A stretch of DNA of 64,000 nt from Octopus vulgaris (GCA_951406725.2 OX597826.1:46438001-46502000); one strand, 5' to 3'. Positions 27,574-40,651 are shown, numbered from the stretch's first letter. The notes: generated by a model from the letters alone, not told the origin. Numbers and translations are program-made.

Positions 27574-28047
27574 AGTATATATATATATATATATATAAGA
27601 GAGAGAGTATGTGAGAGATATTTGCATGTGTACTATAGCTGTGTCAGTGTACTTTTCATAGAAAATGATGTTGCTTCGGAAAACATTAACTTAGCAATTC
27701 GACAATTATGGACTGCTAAAATAGCACCCAACTGGAAAGAATAATGTAGTTGAATGTGATCGATTAATGTAAATACACTGCTACCATCACATGGTCACAC
27801 CCAGAAAATTGAAACCAGTGAAAGAATGTGTATATGTGCTGAGGTGACTGTGTGGTAGGAGGTTTGTTTTCCAACCACACTGTTCCGGGTTCAGTCTTGC
27901 TAGTTGCATGGCAACTTGGGCAAATGTCTTCTACCATAGCCTCAAGCCAACTAAATGCCTTGTAAGAGGATTTGGAAGATGGCAACTGAAAGGAGTCGGT
28001 CATATATATATATATATATATACTTTATTTAAAAGCAGCAGAAATTC

Positions 28048-28100
28048 AACAAAACCTGTTACTCAGAGTTTCACGTTCCTATTCGTCGGACAGTTTTGTT
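28048..28100 (-). ncRNA. Candidate minimal type I hammerhead ribozyme, probably degenerate
   Basis: Minus strand reads aacaaaactgt-CCGACGA-ataggaacgt-GAAAC-TCTGA-GTA-acaggttttgtt; 11-bp stem I with one bulge; near-palindromic stem III; core has U4>C. Confidence 0.6.
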
Positions 28101-28189
28101 AACAACAGTTTAAATAAAGCATATTACTCTACCCCTGGTATTTGAGTACTCTTTTTTTCCACCTTGTTTCACATTTATGTGTTTACTCT

Positions 28190-28790
<601 letters not shown>

Positions 28791-29320
28791 AAAAAAAAGA
28801 ATGACTTTACTGAGAGTTCTAATCAGTTTAGTTCATTATTTTTTAGTAGTATTAATTTTACCCTTTAGTTCATTGATCTACTGGATCTACAAACTAAAAT
28901 GAAAAATTTATATTACTAAAGAATTTTTTTTTAAATAATAAATTAAATTGTTTTACCAGTGAAGTCATTAATTTTTGTTTTTCAAATATACCAAAGTGTA
29001 CCAAGGATCTCACACATTTTCCAATATACATATCTGTGTGTGTGTGTGGTGTGTTTGTGTATGTAGGTGGATGTGTCCCACCACCGGTTGACGACCGGTA
29101 CTGTGTTTACGTTCCTGAAATATAGCGGTTCGGCAAAACTGACCGATACAATAAGTTACCAGGCTTCAAAATCAATAATTAATAAATAAATAACAAAATA
29201 AGTATCGAGATTGATTCGTTCGACTAAAAGTTTTCAAGGCAGTGCGGTTGGCCCTCTAGCCGATAACTGATGAGGATAAGGTGACCTTACGTGTCTGCTT
29301 TTTGTTTGTTTGTGCATTTA

Positions 29321-29575
29321 GGCATTCTTTCGATATTACTCGACAAAATCAAAACACTTCACTTCGGGTATTTCCGTGGAAGCAAAGACAGTTCGATTCT
29401 GTTTTCTGCTTGGACATTTGCGGATTTTACATACACACATGAAACAGGTAATAATAAATATACAATTTAAAATGAGACATTGCTAGCATAATTTCGTTAT
29501 ATCTATACTCCACAACCCACGGAAATAACCGAAGTGAAATGTCTCGACCTTCTCGAGCTATATCGAAGCAATGCC
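29321..29575. mobile_element. 255-bp MITE with ~60-bp TIRs and a perfect 8-bp TSD (Merlin/MULE-like)
   Basis: TGCATTTA|GGCATT...AATGCC|TGCATTTA; arms 29321-29380 and 29517-29575 are diverged reverse complements. Confidence 0.8.
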
Positions 29576-30499
29576 TGCATTTATTATGCATTTTATTTAA
29601 CTTCTTATATATAAATACATACACGTGCGTGTTTGTTTTATTATTACAAATTACATTTCTATATCTATACCCAGAAAAACAAGTATTTTTTTATATATTC
29701 GTTAAGCGTGTGTGTGTTTGGATATGTATGTTGAACACGAACACTAAAACAATACTATAACGGTGGCTCTACCTCTGACACACGTGTTTGGTAAATCAAC
29801 ACGTTTAGTGATCAACGCTAAATAAGCGATAAGGCGCATTATATAAACGAATAGAAATTAATGCGTGCGATATCAGTAGCAATTAATGAAAGTGAAACAA
29901 AAGATCCGCGTATTGTTTATTTTATCAAAATACATGATATAGCCATTACAGAATAAAAATTTCTGATGAAATACCATTGAGATGAAAATACGTATTACGA
30001 TCGATAAACAACAGAATGAAACAACGTGTCTGCGAAATAATAGCAAATATCAATGTCACACAATGACATAAGAAGAAATATGTTAAAGAAAATAAACATA
30101 AGGAGTTTAAATCTTACAAGGATTTCGTTACCCCTTTTTTTCTCCTAATATGAATTAATAAAAATTTTTTTTTAAATTCTTTTTTAAAAATTATTGTTAG
30201 TAAACAGAAGCGAGGTAAATAGAATGTGATTGTTTTTCTTTTAGCATCTTCGATGAAGCGATGATCGGCAATGAACTTTTGACCTAATACACAACCTTGT
30301 TAAAAAGATACGTGATTTACAACATTACATATGTGTACCATTTGCTTTAAGAATGAAGGAGGGGAGGGAGGGACAAGCTGGACAAAGTTATGAACAATGA
30401 AAGAAAGATAGAAAAGATGATGTTAGTTTAAGAGAAATGTAAATACGCAGTAAAAGACGTGGGAATGAATGGTAAAACACAAGTGTTTACTACTGCTAT

Positions 30500-30920
30500 G
30501 TCGACACGGCTCTACTCATACACATGTAATATACGCGTATGTACGTAGTCGCTGAAAGAAACAATCTCAGCTAGCCGCCGATTTTAAAAGCGATGAATGT
30601 AGTTTTGAAGTGATGTGTCCGTTGATGAAAAATGATCGCAAACTAAGGTGCCACAGAAGAAAACATTGGTCACAATTTAGGTCCTACCTGCAGTTTTAAG
30701 AATGACGCCATGTTTATAGTGAAACTACTGATTACTATTAACTCATTCACAGGAGAGTTCTACTTATTTTGGTTACCTAGCAACTAGTCGTGTTACAACA
30801 AAAGCTGGTTAATTTTTTTTCAGTTCGTTTCTTGTGTTTGTACTGCTATAAATTTCATTCATTTTTACGACGCATTTTTTCGTAGCGGATTTCTGTCGTT
30901 CGCTGATAAGGATTTACTTG
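30500..30920 (-). promoter_or_regulatory. Putative CpG-retaining promoter/TSS region with a YY1-type motif
   Basis: AACATGGCG on the minus strand overlaps the start codon; repeat-free; lies near the switch from CpG-poor to CpG-rich DNA. Confidence 0.45.
30688..30711 (-). CDS. Probable first coding exon of an unidentified minus-strand gene (MASFLKLQ)
   Basis: Minus strand reads aaacATGGCGTCATTCTTAAAACTGCAG|GTAGGA: strong Kozak context, CAG|GT donor, in non-repetitive CpG-containing DNA. Confidence 0.55.
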
Positions 30921-31120
30921 TTCAACAAAATTAATTGTTTCTCAATTAACGTCTAAGTGGCTAAGCATCCCACTTGTACGTGTATCCTGAACGGAACTGG
31001 ATCCCATCAACTTAGCTGATAGCTTAATTTTTATCGACTACAGAAAGATGAAAAGCAAAGTTAGGATTTGAACTCAGTACATAAAGGATTGTAATGTAAC
31101 CGAATAATACAAGAGAATTT

Positions 31121-31526
31121 GGATCTTTTCGGTTTGAACGGCAGTTTTTTTAAATAATTTCCACGTGACTAAACACTTTTAAACTTCGTATACTGGTAGA
31201 ATGTGTTTATAAAACATCTTTTTCTCTTGGCTTTATTGAGAAAATTCTATAGTTTGTAAGATATTTGTTGTTGTTTTTTCTTCAATTTCTGCAATTTCAA
31301 CCAATCAATGACGTCTATTGAGGTGAAAACATTCTGTGCCGTATGAATATGTCCCTCGTTTAAGAAACAGTTTGGCTTTTATTTACATTTCTGAAGAAAA
31401 AAAGATACCCTTCCCCTAACCCTAAAACAGATTGAAATGCAATACATCGATACTAGGGTCATAATTATGGGTGACAATTTCATATGACACCGCTAGAAAA
31501 AACTGCCGTTCAAACCGGAAAGATCT
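31121..31526. mobile_element. MITE with ~28-bp TIRs, 8-bp TSD and internal (CCCTAA)2
   Basis: GGATCTTTTCGGTTTGAACGGCAGTTTTT...AAAAACTGCCGTTCAAACCGGAAAGATCT; flanks GAGAATTT and GAGTATTT. Confidence 0.85.
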
Positions 31527-33314
31527 GAGTATTTTATCTGACCCCTCTCACGGTTTTGCCATCCCACTGTCCTTATACAAGTGTTTGAGAATGGTTCTTA
31601 ATTTAAGTCCAAGAGCAGCAATTTTGAATGATGGGGGATGGTTGACACAATGGACACCACCACATGACTGGTATTTCATTTTATCGACTTCGAAAAGGTG
31701 AAAGGTGAAGCTGACAACGGTGAGATTTGAACTTAGAACATAAGGGGTACAAAATATACCGCAAAACATTTTTTTTCCGCCGATCTAGCGGTCCTGCTTG
31801 TTCACCGCCTCTTTATCCGTGTATAATAATGATAATTCTTTATTTCAGATATTCAGACTATGCGCGCACGCACACACACACAAAATGTTTATGTGTATTT
31901 ATTTGTATGTGTCACGTTGCTCCAGTTCACTCAGCTGTAGAAATGAGTTTCGACGTCACTGGTGCCAAGCTGCATCGACTTTTGTCTTTCCCTTGGATAA
32001 CACTGGTGGCGTGGAGAGGGGAGGCTGGTATGCATGGGCGACTGCTGGTCTTCCATAAACAACCTTGCCCGGACTTGTGTCTAGGAGGGTAACTTTCTAG
32101 GTGCAATCCCATGGTCATTCATGACCGAAGGGGGTCTTTTACATATATATGTATAAGCACATGTATGTATGTATTAAAAATAAATGAGCCAAGAGAACTC
32201 AGAGTGGCCAGTGGCATAAATATGAATAAGATGGGGCAAATACTGGTGTATGAAAAACCATACAACATAAAGTCCTTATAAATTTAAGTTATCTCTGCCT
32301 CTTGAGAAGGCGTCGCAATTTCCAAGCAACAACGGTCACAAGTGCCATTTGAAAAGGGGAGATAATCCTAAGAATCAAGAATTCTCTAAAGTTCTGTAAG
32401 GAAATGGACAGGCTTATTATCTGGAGATAAGAGAACGATCCCAGACCCGAGTGTCTGCCACAATGAACGTTATCAGCACATTTGTAATGGCTTGTGGTTA
32501 GAATATTGGACTCATGACCGTAAGATAGTGGTTTCTGTTCCTGGACCGGGCAATATGTTGTGTTCTTGAGCATAGCAGTTCATTTCATGTTGCTCAAGGT
32601 TCACTCACTTAACAAAAATGAGATATCCTGACGGACCAACGTCCCGTTTAGGGAGTATATATATATGTGCCACAGAATCCGGGAAACCAGCCTTATTAGT
32701 TGGTGTGACTCAGGAAGGAGCGTTCTTTTACATGTTTTAGTCGGTTTTTTTGGGGGGCGCTACAATCGTCCTAAGTTGTCTTCAACAAAGAAAATAAACC
32801 TATACAAAGAATAGAACACGTTTATGGCCTGTGTAGTTTACATAAACAAAAATTAGCTAAGAGAAATAACCCGAAGTGCCCAGTGCTAGGCATACCGAAC
32901 GAAATAGACAAATACAGGTATATAAAAATTCGCACAACATAAATTCTTTATGAATTAAAGATTTTTTTCCTCAGTGGAATGTCAAGTTTGGAGAGTTCTT
33001 GATTCTTGGAATTATCTTCCCCACTTCTCATATAGAGCTTTTTCTCAGGATTATCTCCCTTGCTCATACACCTCTGTTTTCAGACGTTATTTGCTCATCG
33101 AGACACATCCACTTGAGGCGGAGATAATTTTATCGTGTGACCAGCAAGTGTCCGTTTGTTGCTAGTTTGTCATGTTAATAGTGTGTAGGTTTAGTTCGAG
33201 GACATAATGTTGGTGCAGTGTGTGCGTGTGGTAATACTGAAGCAATTGAGATTTCGAGAGACGCTTTGTTGTTGGTGGTACTGTAGTAGTATGTGTGCAT
33301 TGATTATATATATA

Positions 33315-33720
33315 TTATGCTGCCCCCTCGTTATCGAGTATGGCCATTGCACGAAGCTTAACTGTTACTGGTGCTGTGATCGAATGTGACTTTTTAGCCC
33401 AGCTAAAGATCTACAATGTCTTGTACAAAATTGGCAACTAAAACCTTTACTGGTGATAGCCGGCTGTAGTTGTAACTGGGCTTCATGTACCTTTGCATGT
33501 CGTTTAAGTCCTCCTGCCGATTTACACTCTCTTCCACATGCCCGACAGATATGATTAGTATGGTGTGTTACACCACCACCAGTGGACAGGTTGTCACTCA
33601 TCTGTCTCCGTTTTATGACTACGAAGATGACTCATGAGTCCAGCTTTACTGGGGCAGGGTCTTGCACAGACATTGCATGTCAGAATCAAAGGAAGACCCT
33701 TCCCTTCTGGAAGTGTAACT
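33315..33720 (-). mobile_element. Probable RTE-type LINE 3' fragment encoding three C2H2-like zinc fingers
   Basis: CNVCARPCPSKAGLMSHLRSH, then a frameshift, then CRACGRECKSAGGLKRHAKVH and CQFCTRHCRSLAGLKSHIRSQH, followed by an RTE-like tail GGCCATACTCGATAACGAGGG. Confidence 0.6.
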
Positions 33721-33761
33721 TTCGAGTGCTACTGGTAACATGTAACCCAGTACAACCTGTT

Positions 33762-33795
<34 letters not shown>

Positions 33796-35489
33796 GCGAG
33801 CGTGTGTGTGTGTATAATATTGCCATCAAAACAGGAGTTAAGTACTTAAACGGCCACCTTTGGTACAAGATAAAGAGGACAACTTAGAAACGATATCCTA
33901 CATTCAATCACTTTACAAATAAATCCTCATTTTACACAAATTACGACTAACATTAATTAGATTGAGTTAATTATCGTTTATGGTTAATTACCGTTTATGG
34001 GTTTAAATGCAAGATCTGCGTACTGGATCTTCAATGCAATACTTATTCGTCCTTCCTTAGACACCTTTCAGAATGGTTCCCACTGTCTGGTACCATTCAT
34101 ATCTTTCACATTTCTTCTTTTGAGAGCTGCATGGATAGCCGGGTTACTAATGGAATTATTTCCCCTACTTCCATGTTCCAGTCGGTACAACACCTCCAAT
34201 CACTAATTAGTGTCTTGCATGCAAACTTTACCATTCACCATTCCGGGGGTCGATAAAATAAGTCCCAGTTGAACACTGGGGTCGATGTAATCGACTTAAT
34301 TCCTCCCTAGAAATTACTGGCATTGTGCCAAAATTTGAAACAATTAATTAGTAACTGTTAAACCTAGAGGGTGGTCGATGCGTATGATTTGACCTTCGAA
34401 CTTCAGGACCAGCTGATGCTTCGGATATTCTGGAAAGACGACAGTCTCACACAGCAGAGAATTGGCAGTAATTGATGTCTCAGGCGATTCAGGAATTTTA
34501 CCTGGCATTTGAAACTCCAAGCATTCTAGGAATAACAGAAAATCTCAACTGTCATAACATGAGGTATCAATTCTACGTCTGATTGGTTTGCAAGTTCTTA
34601 CACGTTTCCAGTCCAACTATTAAGTTATAGTGGCTTCCATCAGGTGTTAACCGGCTCCACCTCTCATCATTGTTGCCAATATTGTATTCTTCGAGGCTCT
34701 TAAATGCAAGAGCTGCATATTTGTAGCTTCTGTACAACTCTTTCTCCTTAGTCTCACTTCAAGATGGTTCCTACTATCTGTTTCTAACAACTTTTATACC
34801 TTTCTTTTCTGGGGAGCTGCATAGATAACCAGGAAGTTAACACTAGAGTTATTTCCCCTGCTGTTATATTCTTTTCGGTATAAACAGGTATATTTTGTAA
34901 ATATAAAAAAATGCAATTTTGTGGTCAATGAAAGAGACAGTGATTAGTAACTGGCACTCCGTCGGTTACGACGATGAGTGGTCCACTTGATCCGATCAAC
35001 GGAACAATCTGCTCGTGAAATTAATGTGCAAGTGGCTGAGCACTCCACAGACGCGTACCTTTAACGAAGTTCTCAGGAAGATTCCGCGTGATATAGAATG
35101 TGAGAAACCTGGCCCATCGAATTACACGCACTACTAATTTTTTTACCAGCTGAGCGGAACTGGAGCAACGTGAAATAAAGTGTGTTGCTCAAGGACACAA
35201 CGCGACGCTGAGAATCGAACTCGCTACCAGACGATTGTGAACCCAATACCGTTACCATACGCTGTGATTAATAAGACTACATAAACATACTTTTCTAGTA
35301 TATTTTATAAACAATGAAGACCCAGCTTTTAACATTTTTGTAGACATACGGAGATTCCAGAATTGTTCCAACTGTTTTGTGCCAGAAGTTATTGTTTACG
35401 TATGTATTCGACAACGTTACCAGAATGGGCAACAAATGCAGCAGATTGATCTCCAAGTGTGGTACTTGCAGAATCATTTTGGTTTACGA

Positions 35490-36380
35490 GCGGCGAGCTG
35501 GCAGAAACGTTAGCACGCCGGACGAAATACTTTGCAGTATTTCGTCTGCGGTTACGTTCTGGGTTCAAATTCCGCCGTAGTCGACTTTGCCTTTCATCCT
35601 TTCAGGATCGATTAAATAAGCACTAGTTACGCACTGGGGTCGATGTAATCGACTTACTCCGTTTGTCTGGCCTTGTTTATCCTCTCTGTGTGTAGCCCCT
35701 TGTGGGCAGTAAAGAAATAGGTATTTCGTCTGTCGTTACGTTCTGAGTTCAAATTCCGCCGAGGTCGACTTTGCCTTTCATCCTTTCGGGGTCGATTAAA
35801 TAAGTACCAGTTACGCACTGGGGTCGATGTAATCGACTTAATCATCCCTTTGTCTGACCTTGTTTGTCCCCTCTGTGTGTAGCCCCTTGTGGGCAGTAAA
35901 GAAATAGTTATTTCGTCTGTCGTTACGTTCTGAGTTCAAATTCCGCCGAGGTCGACTTTGCCTTTCATCCTTTCAGGACCGATTAAATAAGTACCTATTT
36001 CTTTACTACCCACAAGGAGCTAAACACAGAGGGAACAAACAAGGACAGACATAGGTATTAAGTCGATTACATCGATCCCAGTGCGTAACTGGTACTTAAT
36101 TTATCGACCCCGAAAGGATGAAAGGCAAAGTCGACCTCGGCGGAATTTGAACTCACAACGTAACGCAGACGAAATACCGCTAAGCATTTCGCCCGGCGTA
36201 CTGACGTTTCTGCCAGCTCTGAGTTCAAATTCCGCCGTAGTCGACTTTGCCTTTCATCCTTTCGGGGTCGATTAAATAAATACCAGTTACGCACTGAGGT
36301 CGATGTAATCGACTTACTTCGTTTGTCTGACCTTGTTTGTCCCGTCTGTGTGTAGCCCCTCTGTGGGTAGTAAAGAAATA
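35490..36380. mobile_element. Multimeric cluster of tRNA-derived SINE family B with one inverted unit (other copies at about 41975-42157, 42527-42940, 50541-50770, 54240-54470, 61640-62500)
   Basis: Repeated GGCGAGCTGGCAGAA..GAGTTCAAATTCCGCCGAGGTCGACTTTGCCTTTCATCCTTTCGGGGTCGAT; the unit at about 36000-36217 is reverse-complemented. Confidence 0.9.
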
Positions 36381-36768
36381 AGAAACATTTTGGTTGACGG
36401 GTAGTTTAAAAGCAAACGAAAAGTAATCGAAAAATAAAAGTGCTTTGTTGTAATATGAGAGGTAAAGACTGTCACTCGGGATAGACCACGAGTTTGTGGT
36501 CAGGTTGTTTCGTCAACAATATGGTGGTGTTGCTTATTGGGGAACATCGTAGTTCGTTCTAGCTGGGTGAGTGTATGATATATCAAGCAACAGACGAACT
36601 CTTAACTTCTCGTATCAATTTCTCGTATTAACACTTTTCAGTCTAAAGTTAATGAACCCGAGAGACTCAGAGACAACATATCTCTTCATTGACTACATTT
36701 TGTCACCCGTTGGTAATGATCAGGCAATGACAGGTCAAGGCAATATACAATTAAAAATTGAGCTTAGC

Positions 36769-36873
<105 letters not shown>

Positions 36874-36879
36874 AATAAG

Positions 36880-37357
36880 GATAAGATCGTTAATTTAAAT
36901 TAAATTAAATAACGATCTTATCAAGTGGCCAGCATGGAAATAAAAACCTTCAAAGGTAATAATTATTATTAAAATTATAACCTAGGGTATCTACGAGATA
37001 CCGCCATGCTGAAAATAGCAGCCAGGATCTGACTCTAAAACCACCTCAAATTGTTCATATAGCACAAGGAGATAAGACAAAAAGACAAAATAAAACTAGT
37101 AAAAATTACTTGTGCTATATGAACACTTGAGGTGGTTTTAGAGTCAGATCCTGGCTGCTATTTTCAGCATGGCGATATCTCGTAGATACCCTAAGTTATA
37201 ATTTTAATATATATATATATATATATAAATATACCAATTAAGGACTGAACACGAAAAGTGGACAGTCAACGTGCTAGATATAGACGTCAAATCGCCAAAC
37301 GTCTATATCTAGCATGTTGACTGTCCACTTTTCGTGTTCAGTCCTTAATTGGTATAT
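36880..37357. repeat. Three consecutive fold-back palindromes
   Basis: 36880-36922 (short); 36967-37209 (~100-bp arms, 40-nt loop); 37229-37357 (~59-bp arms, 11-nt loop); arms nearly perfect. Confidence 0.92.
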
Positions 37358-37464
37358 ATAAATATTTTAATCTTCGAATTCTTTTTAATATGCTAGACCA
37401 CTGGTTTTAATTGACTAATATCAATTTCTACCCTTAATTAATTTATATATATATATATATATAA

Positions 37465-39086
37465 GTTAGCCGTGCGGAGGTCATTTGGTACGGATGATCT
37501 GAGTGTACCGTGTGCCAACATAGGAACAGGGCGCAACTGGCCCACACTGTCTCTCAGTTGAGCGAGGTACACTTTGACATCCGGGTCTGACTCCGTATTC
37601 GAAAGGAACCCTCCTGGCACCGTACACCATTTCTGTGGAGGAAGTGTTGATATTTTCTTTTGGAGCGGTGCGGATTACCAGCATCACCCATGGGAGTTGG
37701 TCAATCCAATTTGGCCCGTTATGTCTGGTTGTCAGGGATTCCTTCAGGCGGCGGTGAAATCTCTCCATTAATCCGTTGGCCTGTGGGTGGTAGGCAGTTG
37801 TGCGGTTCATTGTGATTTCTAAAAGGTCACCCGTGTCTTGCCACAGCTTTGAGGTGAATTGTAGACCCCGATCGAATGAGATGCTGTCAGGGACACCGAA
37901 ACGGGGAACCCAGTTTGCGATGAAGGCTCGGCTGACTTCTTGTGTTTCCGTGCTGCAGAGAGGGATAGTCTCAGGCCAATGGGTATAGCGGTCTACCAAG
38001 GTCAGTAGATACAAGCAACCCTGTGAAGGTGGTAGAGGGCCGACAAGATCGATGTTGACATGGCTGAATCGGGCTTGAGTTGGTTCATAGTTGCCGATGG
38101 GTGCTTTGGTGTGTTGATGGACCTTGGCTTGTTGACAGTGGATGCAGGTCCTGGTCCAGTCCCCGATTTGCTTGGCCATACCGTGCCAGATAAATTTACT
38201 TGACAGCAGCCGCTGTGTGGTTTTAGTACCTGGGTGGGTAAGTTCGTGTTTCTTGCGCCAGGCTGATGGGACGATCGGTTGTGGCTTCCCAGTGGATACG
38301 TCACACAGTAGGGTTATGCCGTTAGAGCCAAAGTGTACATCCTGCAAAGAAAGTGACACAAACCACTTACCTTTGCTATGAGCAAGCTCTCGGAGCCTTG
38401 GTCTGCCTGCCAGCAACGACAGCTATCCGCCATTTCTGAGTACGCCATGCACATCCAACACATAGACGGCAAGGGCAACCTAGTTGCCGACGCACTCTCT
38501 AGTGCTCCTTCCTAGCACCAATAACGGAAGGGCTGGATTACAAAGCTATAGTTGCAACCCAACAGACAGATGACGAGATCAGGGCCTACCACTGGATAAA
38601 AAATGTTTGTCAGCTGCCTTCGCTAATTGCCGCAGGTCCTTGATTTCGGTCTGAGTTATGCGGGCCTGAATCTGGGGTGGCAGCTTGCGGCGGAATCTTT
38701 CCCTAAACAAAAAGGAAGGTGACTCACCGGCGGTGGTGGTAGTGGTGGGGTACTAATGCCAACATCTTTTCCATCAGTTCCGAAGGCTTAAAATCTTCTA
38801 ATTCCTCCTCCAGTATCTTGGCTACCGTTTTACGTTCACTGCGTCGAAATCTATCCACTAGCTTGTTTTTCAATATGGCGTATCTGTGCGTTAGTGGGGG
38901 TTGGGTTAACATGTCCAGCACCCTCGTTGCCGTATCTTCATCTAGTGCCGCTATAAAGTACTAGTATTTCGTTTGGTCGGTCGTTACGTTGTTTACATTG
39001 TATTGGGATACCGCCTGCGCGAACCACAGTTCAGCCCTCTTAGGCCAAAATTGTGGTAGCTTCAGTGTTGTTTTGTTGCTTGCCAT
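37465..39086 (-). mobile_element. Gypsy/Ty3 LTR retrotransposon remnant: gag, inverted RNase H segment, integrase
   Basis: gag 38592-39086 (KLPQFWP..LWFAQA..KPSELMEKMLAL, with a stop and a frameshift). Integrase has HHCC (HELTHPG..CIHC) and DDE (IDLVGPLP, DRGLQF, YHPQANGLMERFHR). No LTRs recognised. Confidence 0.93.
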
Positions 39087-40651
39087 ACACACACACACAC
39101 ACACACGAAGTTCAAAATCATTGATATTTCGTTTACGATCATTTTCGTCAATGGGACGAGGTCGTAAAGTTTTGCTCGCTTCCCCGACTTGATCATTGTG
39201 TATAAGTGAAAATTGTGACTATGAGTCGTTTTTGACGGCTACCAGTAGTACCCTTCATTTTTTAATTAATATTATTTTACCTTTATTGTTTTTTTATGCA
39301 TGCCAGCAACTGATGTTATTGAAAGTTATGATCAATAATATCCTTACACACACACACACACACACATATAGTGGGAATTTACAGAAAGAACAAAAGACGA
39401 AGACAGGTGCATTAGTTTAACGCTCGGGAATGTGAGAAAGTATTTTACGTTTCGAGCATACGCACTTCAACAGAAAGGAACACGGGAAAATAAACAGAGA
39501 GAGAATAAAAAAAAAGCTTTAGTGGCAAGCGGTCGAACATATCCAACGGCAGTAATTTTATTCAGCTGAATACACGTCATTGATTGGTTGAAATTACCGA
39601 AATACGACAACTTTAAATAGAAGTAATTTCCAAAATACAATTTTTTCAACAACGCCATGAGTAAAAGATGTCTTATGTGACACATTCTACAAGTATACGA
39701 AGTTTGAAAGTGTTTAGTTACAAAAAATTATTTAAAATCTATCGGTCAAAAGGTAAAGATCTCGTTCGAGTAGTACGGAGTGCGTTCTATGTTAACTTAT
39801 ATTTCTGTGATAGGTTATTTTTTAGATAATCACAACTAACTATTTATTTGTGTAATACTATTTTACGCCAGACGTGTCATAACACGTCTATACACGTGTA
39901 TACACATGTCATAACAACGATGTATGTAAGGCGTGCGTACTATACACACAAGTACGTTCATGCTTTCCCCTTTTTATGCATGTTTAGAGATAATTAAAGA
40001 CAAGGAAATGTCTGCTTAGGTCAGGCAAAGGATTTGACATTTATTGACAAAATATTCTAATGCCATTTTTCTTTTGCCTCTTTCTCTTATCTCTCCGTTC
40101 TTACTTGCAACCAGTCAAGTGTTTATTATGTCACTAGCCAAGATATCACTTCAAGTTACAGATATTTGCACTTAGAAGGAGATTCAAGATTGAGTCTCGA
40201 AATGCTTCGTTTGGTTCCTGTTGTTAAGATCATAACACATTGGACTGTCAGATAAATTCGTTCGTTTTTCTTCCTTTTCTTCTTATTTGGCACTCCATCA
40301 TGGTATGTCTGAAAAGTGGTAAAATGTATTCCAACGGCAAAAACGATAAACAGAAGGTGTAGAGGAAGAATAAAGCTACAACCCCCCCCCCCCGCCCAAA
40401 GAAAAAATCTATAAACCACTATAATAAAAGCCGTTTTTGGTAGCTTGGCTCAAGCTTTCGGAATTACGGAGATGTACTTGCATAGCAAGTGACCTGATCT
40501 GAGATCGTTTGCTGGAACGAAAACAATTGCAGCGTGGAAGGTGTTTATAAGCCATTTAAGAAACACACAATAAAAATAATTTTCGAAGCAATTCAAATAA
40601 CAAGGATTAAAATAAAATGAAAATAAATAAATAAATGAACGAATTTATCTG

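Noticed and set aside
29958-30000. CTGATGA...GAAAATACGTATTA hammerhead-like motif
   Set aside because: No stem I complementarity and a weak stem II.
39178-39196. Primer-binding-site-like CCCCGACTTGATC near Gypsy gag
   Set aside because: On the opposite strand to gag and no LTR identified.
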